Assembly (NCBI RefSeq): GCF_001194135.2
Contig: NC_069000.1
Location: 6,252,966-6,297,890, forward strand
Origin: Octopus bimaculoides
Lineage: Eukaryota
Direction of reading: 5' to 3'
Length of the DNA stretch: 44,925 nucleotides
Every line of letters begins with the position of its first letter. Position 1 is the first letter of the stretch. The notes under the pieces were generated by a model that had not been told where the DNA came from, did not search any database, and saw only the letters and a program-made list of their open reading frames with translations. Below are positions 33,801 to 44,925 of this stretch, piece by piece. The position numbers were made by a program, and so were the translations under genes.

Positions 33801-35267
33801 GTTAGTACTTTGACAGAGACAGGGTATATATTGCTAGATGCAGTGTAACATAGCTTCTCACGAAGTTTGGTATTGGATATAAAAGAGGAAACTACATAAA
33901 TTCCAAGTTCCCTACTAATATTGAGTTTGAGGTCGTCGCCCCCTCCCCCCCCCCCNNNNNNNNNNNNNNNNNNNNNNNNNNNNNNNNNNNNNNNNNNNNN
34001 NNNNNNNNNNNNNNNNNNNNNNNNNNNNNNNNNNNNNNNNNNNNNNNNNNNNNNNNNNNNNNNNNNNNNNNNNNNNNNNNNNNNNNNNNNNNNNNNNNNN
34101 NNNNNNNNNNNNNNNNNNNNNNNNNNNNNNNNNNNNNNNNNNNNNNNNNNNNNNNNNNNNNNNNNNNNNNNNNNNNNNNNNNNNNNNNNNNNNNNNNNNN
34201 NNNNNNNNNNNNNNNNNNNNNNNNNNNNNNNNNNNNNNNNNNNNNNNNNNNNNNNNNNNNNNNNNNNNNNNNNNNNNNNNNNNNNNNNNNNNNNNNNNNN
34301 NNNNNNNNNNNNNNNNNNNNNNNNNNNNNNNNNNNNNNNNNNNNCCCCCTCTCTCCCTCCCCCCTCTCTCCCTCCCTCTCTCTCTCTCAACATTGTTTGC
34401 AACTTGTCAGTGAAATATTTACATGCTTTACGCATGAGGAAGCACAATCAATAGTGCATAACTAAATGCCTTTTGGTATTTATTTACACCCCTTTATGTT
34501 CTGAGTTCAAATCCTTCCCAGGCTCACTTCACTTTACTTTCTTCTAAGGTCGATGTAGCAATTACAGCCTCACAGTCTGGTTGCTGAAAGAAATAAAATG
34601 ATTCCTATTTGGTTCACATTAGATGAAAATAAAATGGAGAAGTCTGTAAGACACAAAGCCATTCTTTTTATTCACAGAAAAGCAACGTTAGAGGAATATA
34701 TATTTTGACAGGGATTTATAATAAATTAATTTTAATGTTTCAGCAAAAATGAATTTTAGCAGTTTTAGGAATAGTGTACTTTAAAGCTAAATTTATAACT
34801 AAAATGTCTCCTTATATTTTAGGTTGGGTTTCATGTTAAACACATGGAAACTGCCTACAGTATTAATTTCAGATAGCCTTATGTGATAAGGAACAGGACT
34901 TAAAAAAAGGAAGGGGGATTCCCCTTCACTCTCTTTCCCTTCAGAGTTATATGATCCCTAAATATAGCAGTTTTATTGGGTTGCTTAATGAAATGGTACT
35001 CGTTTTGATAATATTTACATTTGATTTAAAACAATGCAAAATGTTGAATGTAGGCAGAAAAAGAATTATTTTATAGAGTGAAAGTCAGTGAATTTTTCTA
35101 TGTTATAGCTAACCAATTAAATTGCAAATGTGTAATTAAAAATTGGTAGCTAACAAATTTGACCATGTTTAATTAAGATTGGTAGCTGTATATTGGCTTA
35201 TTTTATGATTTTAGATTTAAAAGCTAATTTAAAAATCCAACATACCTACTGATATACTAGAGATATA

Positions 35268-35369
35268 AGAATGTTTGTGTATACCTCATACACACCCACT
35301 CCACTAGATATTATGGATCAGAATGTTTGTATATACCTTCATACACACCCACTACATATTGTTATGGAT
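35268..35369 (+). repeat. 52-nt tandem duplication
   Basis: AGAATGTTTGT(G/A)TATACC...CATACACACCCACT...TTATGGAT at 35268 and 35320. Confidence 0.8.
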
Positions 35370-35739
35370 ATGGTAGAATAGTAACTTGTCAGGTTTGAGT
35401 CTAAACTTGGTTTCAGTTTTCCAGTGAAAAATGTATTAAATTTACAGCTATTGTTTAACCCAAGGTCAGCCCTGATTAAATGGATCTATGATCAAGTGTT
35501 ACAGCATGATCATCTGGTCCTTTTATCAGCATCTAGGACTCTATTAGCCAATATCATTCCCTTTTTTCAAAAAGGTAGTGGGGTAGGAGAGATGTGGCTG
35601 CTATTTCTAGCAGATTGCTTGGCCTTACAGAAGATTTTTTCATTAATTCATCAAATTTCCTTGTGTTCCGTGACCCACCTAACTTGGAAGAAAACAACCA
35701 TTCATTTGAGTATTTTTTTATGTTTGCTGAATGTTTCAG

Positions 35740-35817
35740 AAGAATGTAGAGAAGTTATAACCATTATAGACATTACAAACATGTCTCAACAGAGAACAGG
35801 ATATATTAGACAATGGG
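35740..35817 (+). CDS. Candidate 78-nt symmetric exon (xECREVITIIDITNMSQQRTGYIRQW)
   Basis: GAATGTTTCAG acceptor, GGG|GTGAGA donor, length divisible by 3, only phase 1 open. Confidence 0.42.
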
Positions 35818-35914
35818 GTGAGATTAAAGTTTGTAATGTCTTTCAATCAGCAGGCTTGGGGCAGAATGACAAAATCATCCATCTATTTATATAGATAGAT
35901 ATACACATACAGTC

Positions 35915-35978
<64 letters not shown>

Positions 35979-36158
35979 NNNNNNNNNNNNNNNNNNNNNN
36001 NNNNNNNNNNNNNNNNNNNNNNNNNNNNNNNNNNNNNNNNNNNNNNNNNNNNNNNNNNNNNNNNNNNNNNNNNNNNNNNNNNNNNNNNNNNNNNNNNNNN
36101 NNNNNNNNNNNNNNNNNNNNNNNNNNNNNNNNNNNNNNNNNNNNNNNNNNNNNNNNNN

Positions 36159-36227
<69 letters not shown>

Positions 36228-36959
36228 ACACATACACACATGTATATATGTATGTATATTTATATATATCTAAAATTGGTTCCAATGTTTGTAGACTAGA
36301 ATCCAAGTACATGAAGTAAGTTACACTGGTTAGAATATCTGAGGTGTAATTGTATACCTATCTGTATAGAGGAAGAACAATTTGGTTAGGTAGAACAAGA
36401 TAAATTGAATCAACTTGAAATGAATTATCATGTTATACTATTTTAACATTAGTATGAGATCTTCCTGTCTGTCCCCTCACCCGTCATCATTCAGAGAGGG
36501 GTGTACAGTTATAACTACCTACCATTTGACTTATTACCTCCAGAAAAGCTAAATAGACACGAGTAGGATTTGAATTCATAAAGAGTCATAATTAGATAAC
36601 TCTGCCTAAAATTATTTAACAAAGATAGGAGAATAAAATTGAATACATGTCCTTTGGCCATCTGTGACCTCTTTAAGGGTTCAGCCCTTTGTTCAAGGTC
36701 AGTTTTATCTTTGTGGAGAGAACAAGGTGTGTGTGTGTGTGTGAGAGAGAGAAAGATGTGAAGCAGATACCAGCAGATCTGAGACTGAACCCTAAAATTG
36801 AATAGATTGCCAATAATTTTGAATTTATTTTAAACATAAATAAGCTATTTCCTGGTTCTTTGTTATTTTCTAAATGCTCCAATTATGGATGGAGTTCTTG
36901 GAATCTTTAATTGGTCTCAGCCATTGGGGAGTCGTTGCCGTCAAGGTATCCTCATCAAT

Positions 36960-37110
36960 TAACATCCACTTTCCCTTGCATGCATGGATCAAAATTCGTT
37001 GAGGCAGATTCTCTACATGGCTGGATGCCCTTCCTGTTGCCAATCGTTGCCTGTTTCCAAGCAAGGAAATCTTTCCCATGACCAGATGTTTGCATGGAAA
37101 CAAACAGCAA
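36960..37110 (+). mobile_element. Retroposon 3'-type fragment (GGATGCCCTTCCTG motif)
   Basis: Nearly the same sequence recurs at 40145-40300; related motif reversed near 41995-42015. Confidence 0.6.
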
Positions 37111-37249
37111 AACACTTTTGAATACATTCTGAAATTAAGATGAGATTGTCATGGTTGAAATGCTGTGATCAGTTGGATGTTGGATTGCACAACATGAAGT
37201 TTCACTCATTATTACAGAATATCTTTTAATTAAACCATCTCAACTCATT

Positions 37250-37795
37250 ATTGCTTCTGTGAGGCTCAATGCTTTTTTACGTTTCACCTGCACGTAGGAC
37301 ACCAGCATCAGCCACAACTGTGATTTCACTTGGCTCGACTGGTCTTCTGAGGCACAGCATATCGTCAAAGGTTTGTCACTAGTCATTGCCTCTGTAAGAC
37401 CCGAAGTTTGGGGATCATGCTTCACCACCTGATCCCATGTCTTCCTGGGTCTACCTCTTCCACAAGTTAACCTTCACAGTTAGAGATCAGAATTTCCTTA
37501 CACAGCTGTCCTCATCCAAACACATCACATGACCATACCAGCTCAGTCATCTCTCTTGCACACCACATCTGATGCCTCTTACACCTAACTTTTGTCTCAA
37601 AATGATTACACTCTGTCATACATGCATACTGACATTGCACATCCAGTGAAGCATACTGGCTTCATTTCTTTCAAACCTGCACATGTCCATGGCTGTCACA
37701 GCCCATGTTTCACTGCCATGTAGCATAGCTGTTCGCATACAGGCATCATACAATCTGCCTTTCACTCTGAGAGAGTGGCCCTTTACCAGAGAGCA
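37250..37795 (-). pseudogene. Decayed RTE-clade LINE ORF C-terminus
   Basis: SLRVKGRLYDACMRTAMLHGSETWAVT...MLHWMCNV...QER*LSWYGHVMCLDEDSC...GRGRPRKTW with stops; classic RTE motifs (YGSETW, LRWYGHV, GRP..RW). Confidence 0.9.
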
Positions 37796-39481
37796 TGTTG
37801 AAAGCTACCTGACAGAATTTTATTAGCTTGATTGTTGTCTAAGCTTGTGACTTGTAAACAGTCGAGTCACCAGACAGTATTTAGTCACATCTTGACTTTT
37901 CGTATTGATAAAACAAAACTATTAGGAATAATTTGTATCAGCAACCTTCTCCCTCCTGCCTTGAAAATTCTGGCCATGAGCCAATGTTGGAAATGTTTTT
38001 GCCATTTAAAAAAAATTCATGCTTTTATTTATTTATTTAAAAGCATTTTTTATTAAATATGCTTGTTTTTGAAAGGTTTCTCTCCTCAGTGTTTCATTGT
38101 TATGATTAAAGAATAATTAATGGCTATTCAAAGCTCATGTCACCACATTCAAGAGGTTACTGTTGATAAATTTACAGATTTAAAACTTGGTCAGTATGCT
38201 AGCATGATGAGTTGGGCAGTCCTCATAGTCTGGGTCCTTATTTGGAGTTACTGCTCTTCCAGGTGAGCCAGGGGGCAGTCTCTCAGCCATTTAATTTTCG
38301 GCATGGCTTGTACAGCAGGTGCCCTTCTTATTACCAGCTGTTTTACTGCATTTTAGTATGGTACCAGCATTAGAGAATTTGTCATGTCCTTGGTAAAACT
38401 AAAAAATCTTAATATTTAATCCTCTTTGTTCCTTTGCCCAACCTTTGTAGTATCCTTGTTGCATTTAATCATTGCCCCAGCACTTGTGAGGTTGCCTTGT
38501 ACTTTGTTAGCCTGACGAGTCCTCCCTACTCTGGTGTGTTCATTCATTTAAGGCATAAACTGAGATATGGGTGAAGGAGGTGATGGTGTGACAGAAGAGA
38601 GGAAAACTGTTGTCACCCTTAAGTCACATCAACAGTATAAGAGATGAGACAGATGAGTAACAGGGAGATGGGAGAATATTGAAAAGCAGTTGAAGCAGCT
38701 GATGTAGATTTAGCTGGGATTGTTAAGGGAGAGACCCAAACAGATACTTCCCAGTTGCCATCATCACAACCTGTTTTTAATGTTTTTAATGTTCATTTCA
38801 TTTCACTATAATTGCTTTATGCAGTTGGCCCTCTCTGGCTCTGCATGGGGCCTATTATCTTAATCATTGCCTCCTGTAAAGCACAGCGTCCTGATCTTTA
38901 TCCCGTGTCTTTCTGGGTCTCCACCTTCCACAGATTCCTTTGAGAACCCTGTAGTTTTTTTTCATACAAATATCATCCGTCGTATACATCACTTTCCTCT
39001 ACGAGCAGTCTTCTCTCTCCTACATTACATTTGTTTCCTTTTATGCTCCTTTTTCCCCTCTATTTGTTTGTACCCTTTTTTGTCCAGGCTCACTAATACT
39101 ACACACCCCATGGAACATGCTTGATTTCTTTTTAGTCTTAGTAACTCTTCTGCATGCAAGTCCCATTTTATATGAAGCTGGCCAACCTGATTTTGATCAG
39201 GAAAGAATATTCAACAGTATTTTAGACAGGGAGAAACAATGGTTGTGATCATTTTTGCTTATTAGCAATATGAAGTAAAAATACTTTCAGTCAGTAAACA
39301 TAGTAGCATAAGGCACCATTTGTTTTGTGAGTGGTGGGCAGTTTTGTATAGTCAAATGAATTTCAGTACTTGGCTGGCACTTATTTCTCTCTCTCTCTCT
39401 CTTTCTTTCTCTTTCTCTCTCTCTCTCTATCTCTCTCTATCTTTCTCTCTCTCTCTCTCTCTCTCTCCCTCTCTCTCTCTT

Positions 39482-39556
<75 letters not shown>

Positions 39557-40384
39557 NNNNNNNNNNNNNNNNNNNNNNNNNNNNNNNNNNNNNNNNNNNN
39601 NNNNNNNNNNNNNNNNNNNNNNNNNNNNNNNNNNNNNNNNNNNNNNNNNNNNNNNNNNNNNNNNNNNNNNNNNNNNNNNNNNNNNNNNNNNNNNNNNNNN
39701 NNNNNNNNNNNNNNNNNNNNNNNNNNNNNNNNNNNNNNNNNNNNNNNNNNNTTTTTTTTTTTTTTTTTTTTTTCTTTTCTTTTTTTGCATCAACATCAAA
39801 TGGCATACATTCAATGTTAATACACCAAACTGCTTGAAAATAGAATTTGTTCTTCATAAATTAGGTTTAGTATCATACTATGAAGGGCAAAATTATCACT
39901 TCACTGCCATAAGTTTTGGAACTGAAATCTCCATTACAAGTAAATGATGGGGGAATATCAAATATCTTGGTTGCTAAGTAAATTTTTCTGTTATACTTTT
40001 TGCAATGTATGAGGCCCACTAAATCCAAAACTATGAGGAAGCTTCTGTCTGATCAATTGCCCTGCTAGAAATAGCAACCAACTCCTTTAAATCATACCCT
40101 AATACCTTTTTGTAAAGGATGTAATTAGATAATGTAATGCTACATCATCGTCATTTAATGTCCATGTTTGCATGGATCAGATGGAATTTGTTGAAGCAGC
40201 TTTTCTACATTCAGATGCCCTTCCTGTCACCAACCCTCACCTGTTTCCAAGCAAGTTGATATTTCTCCATTGCCAGACATGTTTTCCACACAATATTGGA
40301 AACAAATGACACTGTAATGATGGTGGTGCTCATTTACAACTATCATGTGATGTTAAGACAAGGGTACATACACACACAGGCACA

Positions 40385-40530
40385 ATAAGATTCTTCCAGT
40401 TTCCATCTACCAAATCCACTTGCTAGACCTTGGTTGGCTCAGGGCTATAATTGAAGACACTACACAAGATGTCATGCAGTGGGGACTTGAACCATAGACT
40501 ACATGGCTGAGAAGCAATTACACAGCCAAA
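40385..40530 (-). mobile_element. SINE family A, CpG-decayed 5' half
   Basis: CAGTTTCCATCTACCAAATCCAC...GCTATAATTGAAGACAC...GGGACTTGAACC; similar remnants at 28155-28265 and 41345-41450. Confidence 0.7.
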
Positions 40531-41592
40531 CCTGTACTAGATTTCTGTAAAAACAAAACCATATGGTTGTGGCTGGAACCCTTTCATTACAGGTCTGATT
40601 GATGAATGTAGATCTAGAGTTAAACAACATATCTGTAGTAAAAGGTTTTTGAAACCACACGAGTGGAGATAAATTGCCTTTTCACAGATAGTAGTTATTA
40701 AAACTTTTAAAATGAGAAGACTCTACATCTGTGTTTGTGTATGTGTATTGAGAGAGAATATTGGTTACTGAAATCAGTTGTAAAGATCTACTTGTGTAAG
40801 TTATTATCATTGTTTGGTTTTGGTTAATGCTACTCCAACTCATGAATAAATGTTAATGGTGCAACAAACATTCCTTTCATGTTAATGTGGTCTTACCATG
40901 CATGTATCATTGTCATGGTGCTGCTGTAGCTGATCTTTTTAAAAAAGTGACCATTTTTATTAAATATGCCTTCAATATCTCTTGCATTGTAATATTGTGT
41001 AAAGACCTTTCAAGTTTCCATTCAGTCTATTATTTAGTCCATCTACCATATTCTCTTCATTTCAATGCCTTACTCAATCCGATACCATATTCTTTCTCTT
41101 AGCTGAACTTTTCTTATTTGCTGCCAGTCTGTCTCTTAATTTACTTATTGATTTTAGTCAGTGGATTGCAACCATGCAGCAGGGATCTTCAGTGAATTTT
41201 TTATACACATTTCCTATTTTGCTTGCTACTTATTCTCCAGATCTCTCTCTCTCTCTAACCTGATATGTACTGCAAGCTATTTCTGTTCAGTGCACTGATT
41301 TTACCCCCCACCTCTATGCACACAAACTTGTGCATGTGCAGCAGGCTTCTACACAGTCCATTTCCTAATTTCCACCCCTGACAATGCATTATCAACCTGA
41401 GGCTGTGATAGATGATACTTGCTCAAGGTGCTTTACACCAGAATTGAACCCTTCTTATTATGTATACACAGCTGTGTTTTAAGTTCACTTTGGAATTAAG
41501 ATTCTGATTTCAAGGCCACTACTGGGCACCACAAAACAAATTTTGATTAGTCTTTTGATATGAAATTTTTCTAGATGGAAACTACCGAGTAG

Positions 41593-41594
<2 letters not shown>

Positions 41595-41652
<58 letters not shown>
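41595..41652. repeat. (TG)n microsatellite
   Basis: Directly visible; (CT)n tracts also flank the gaps at 35918-36226 and 39385-39556. Confidence 0.95.
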
Positions 41653-41659
<7 letters not shown>

Positions 41660-44297
41660 AAGAGATCGAGTCTGAAAGTGGCAGAATTAATTTTGGCAGT
41701 CAAACAAAAATATCAGTCACATTGGTCATCTAGGTCGACTTTCTCTTCCTCTCCTCTCTTTAAAGATTTTGTAAACTAGTACCAGAAAGACAAGGAAGTA
41801 TCTGCAACTGTCCTCAAGGTTGTCCTTTTCTTTAATTACATCCATTGGAGAACTCTTGATTTTTGAGACTATTTCCTTTTCTAATTTGGAGCTGGTGTTA
41901 ATCACTATTTGGTAATTATGACACATTCTCTACAGACCCTGATTTTAACAAATCAAATATATATGTACATACTTGCACATAATTGTGATTGGGATTAGGA
42001 AGAGCATCCAGCTGTATAAACCATTCCAAGGCAGACTTTGTAGCTTAGCATAGCCCTCTGGCTTATTGGTTTCTGTTGAACTATCCAACCCATATCAGTG
42101 AGGAAAAAGGGGGACGTTAAAATGATAAATTGAAGCTTACGGTTTCACTTCTCTGTCACTCCAAGCTTATTGTTTCTCTTGTTAAGCAAATTTTATTTTT
42201 TATAGATCATGTAAATAGAGTATAACAGTGATAAGCTTAAAACTGAAGAGTGGCCAAAACAACATCTTAAAACTTTTCACTGTTTTATACACCTCTGAGT
42301 GCTCTAAAAGAGGATTTTATGGTCCCTTAGATTGACCATCAGCACACAATTCAAACACTTGAATGAGACTGAAGGAAACCATTTAGTTTGCTCAAATCTG
42401 AACTATATTTTATTGTACACCAACAATAATACGTGTCTACCAAGTCAATACAAGAGCCTCTGTGTATGATTACTTTGGCTTTTTGAAATTTCAAATCACC
42501 TATAGTCTACAGCTTATATTAGTTAATGTAGTCCCCGGATGCCTGGAAAAATGAATAGTATGGTCATGGCTGGAATGGTTCTGATCAGAAATCTGCTGGA
42601 TTATATTGAAAATTTTCAAAGTCAAAACCTCAGTCTTGTAATGGTTGAGCAGAAGATATCTAAAAGTGTTTTATTTAAATGCTTTGTGTCTTCATAAATG
42701 GTTAGATTATTGTGAAAATTAACTCTATTGTAGAAAAACCTTTGTTTTTAAGTGTAAATAGTCATTTGTGTTAGAAATAATTTTGCATTATGTCTGGTAA
42801 GAAGTTTGCTTGCTAACCAAATTGTTCTGGAGAAATTGGAGAAATTATCTGGAGTGTTAGACATAGATGACCAGAGGGCAGAGGTGATGTCATTTACAGT
42901 GTGTTGCTATTTGTCCACTGGTTCTATGAATCCATTTGAACATTGACTTCTCTACCTAGTCTGTCTCCTTTTCTCTTACACCCACTCTATTTTATTGGGT
43001 CATCCCATAAAGCGGCTATTTTTTATACTTTTATTTTTCAAAATATTATATACTTCCATAAGTCCAAATTATTCAGCTCTACCTGACTCTAAGGATTGTA
43101 ACATTAAATGATATTATTTTCACACAAATATTCGTTTCCTGTAGGATTCTACTTCAGTTGCCAAGATCACATTCTCATTAAAGTGTACAATGATAAAGGA
43201 ACTATTGTAAATTTTATTGTACAATTACAGAGGCATCACCCCATTTTTACTAGCGTTATTACAGACCTTATTGCAGTTAATATAATTTACAAGATATTAG
43301 ATGATTTCTATTTCCCCCAAAATATTAAATCCTTTTATTAGGAATGTTTTGTCATTGAAAACTGCAACTCCAGTTTCATGATTTTAAATTTTACCTGCTC
43401 ACAAATTTAATTTAAAAAAAAAAAAATTGTTTTCCTTGAGATTTTCAATTGTTTCCTCAATCTGTATGTGACTTGTGTACAGAGCTGCAAAAATTTATAA
43501 AGATTTCTCCTGACGCAAGAACTATTTCGTATTAGTTTGACTTATGTACTGTGACAATAAATTGATATTGTGCTGAATGGTCTAACAAGCTCCTTACCTC
43601 CACTGGCTGTTTCTGCCATGCAGATTGAATTCAATTCGAAAGTGATCTGGAGAGGCTTTAGTAAACTAACATGACTTTCTTACATAAAGTTATGTTTGAA
43701 TTTAGTTTAAACGTGAAGATCATATCTTTGAATCAGAGATGGTGATGACATCATGTAGATTTGGGAACCAAAATGTTGAAATTAATCAAATACCTTTATC
43801 GCATTTCACTGTGTTCTACAGCATTTTATATTTTTATTTACACGCCATTGAACATAAAACAATGTTGTTGCTGATAGATAATAAATGTGTTGGTATAAAA
43901 GTTAAGAAATCTAGTTCTCCATGCTAGTGTGGCGTTTGGAAGGCCTTGTTCTAATAAAGTATCTTGCACTTGTTACTGCCTTTAATGTTGTGTGTGTTTT
44001 TCCTTTTTTTTGTGTATGCTTTGTCATTGGATACCTTCTGGGCTGCCAACCATTTTGCAGCTTCAACTAGATGCATTTGATCATGCCATTGACACTAGAG
44101 ATGTCTACTATGTCTTAAGATTCTGACTACACTGTTCATATCAGTGTTAAATTTGTTGTCACTAACCAAATTCTTCAGTTTTTTAAGTATAAAGATGTAT
44201 GATCTGCTGCACCATTATGGAAGTAAATGTTAATTTTGAAAGAAAGAAAAAAGGGAAAAAAAAAACTAGAGAACAGTATCAGTACTTCTGTCACTAT

Positions 44298-44355
44298 CAA
44301 TTTCTTCATAACCCTGCATATTATAATATACAATTTCTTCATAATCCTGCATATG
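44298..44355 (+). repeat. 33-nt tandem duplication
   Basis: CAATTTCTTCATAA(C/T)CCTGCATAT at 44298 and 44331. Confidence 0.8.
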
Positions 44356-44925
44356 ATACTTGCATAGTTGACTACTAGCTGTTTAGGATTTAGGATCCCT
44401 CCACCTCTTATACAAGAAATAAAAGTATTACTTTCCCAGCACGACATCTGCTTCAGTCTGTGTTTAAGAATATATGATGTGTAATAATGGTAATCTGTTG
44501 GCTGGCATTGTTCCACTTTATGTCAGGAAGGAGGTTAACAGCAAAGTTGAAAAACAAAACTAGAAGATATTAATACAAAGATCAAAAAGAGAAAAGATCC
44601 CCGGTCTCCATTTTCCCTGTAGAGATTTCCATAGAATCTTGCCACATATAATGATAGAAGACTGGTAAATATATCAATATCAGATAGGAAGATGGAACCA
44701 GCAGGGTCCACGCGGGGCAAGAGTAAATGTCTTGATCAACTTGACATTGGTCAAGCCAGAGGCACCAAAGTGAAATGGGGGGGGGGGCAGAATATGAAAC
44801 TACTCTCTTTTCTGTGACCTAAGAACAGCCCATGCTGAGGCACCTGCTTGATCCTATCATCATCTGTGTTTGAAATGAGTAAATAACACCACACACACAC
44901 ACACACACCACACACACACACACAC

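Noticed and set aside
35424-35739. First 105 aa of the 156-aa ORF
   Set aside because: Largely repeat family C on the minus strand; only 35740-35817 has exon boundaries.
41726-41926. 66-aa minus-strand ORF and the overlapping plus-strand Cys-rich reading
   Set aside because: Weak splice support on both strands and no recognisable motif.
1-44925. CRISPR array, prophage, operon or other prokaryotic system
   Set aside because: No regularly spaced repeat-spacer array, no long ORFs, and composition is that of an animal genome.

Overview
Eukaryotic, AT-rich, repeat-dense genomic DNA from a short-read assembly with five N gaps. It is very probably a cephalopod (Octopus-type), judged from my recollection of the tRNA-derived SINE families and from the dense (AT)n/(CA)n/(GA)n/(GATA)n microsatellites. 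There is no prokaryotic content, CRISPR array, rRNA or genuine tRNA, and I recognise no protein-coding gene by name; nearly all listed ORFs are microsatellite, gap or repeat artefacts. Well supported: two tRNA-headed SINE families (A, CORE-like; B, Deu/Nin-like), a third dispersed repeat with a GAAA hairpin (C), RTE and CR1-type LINE remnants, a Tigger/pogo transposase remnant, a HINE-like element and a MITE nested in an RTE. Moderately supported: a signal-peptide first exon at 10659-10722 (+), a CpG-retained to CpG-depleted switch near 23-24 kb suggesting a methylated gene body running rightwards, and several candidate exons found from splice signals only. The best-grounded discovery is a shared 3' stem-loop between the CR1-type LINE and SINE family A, i.e. 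a candidate LINE/SINE partner pair. Coordinates were counted by hand and repeat boundaries are approximate.
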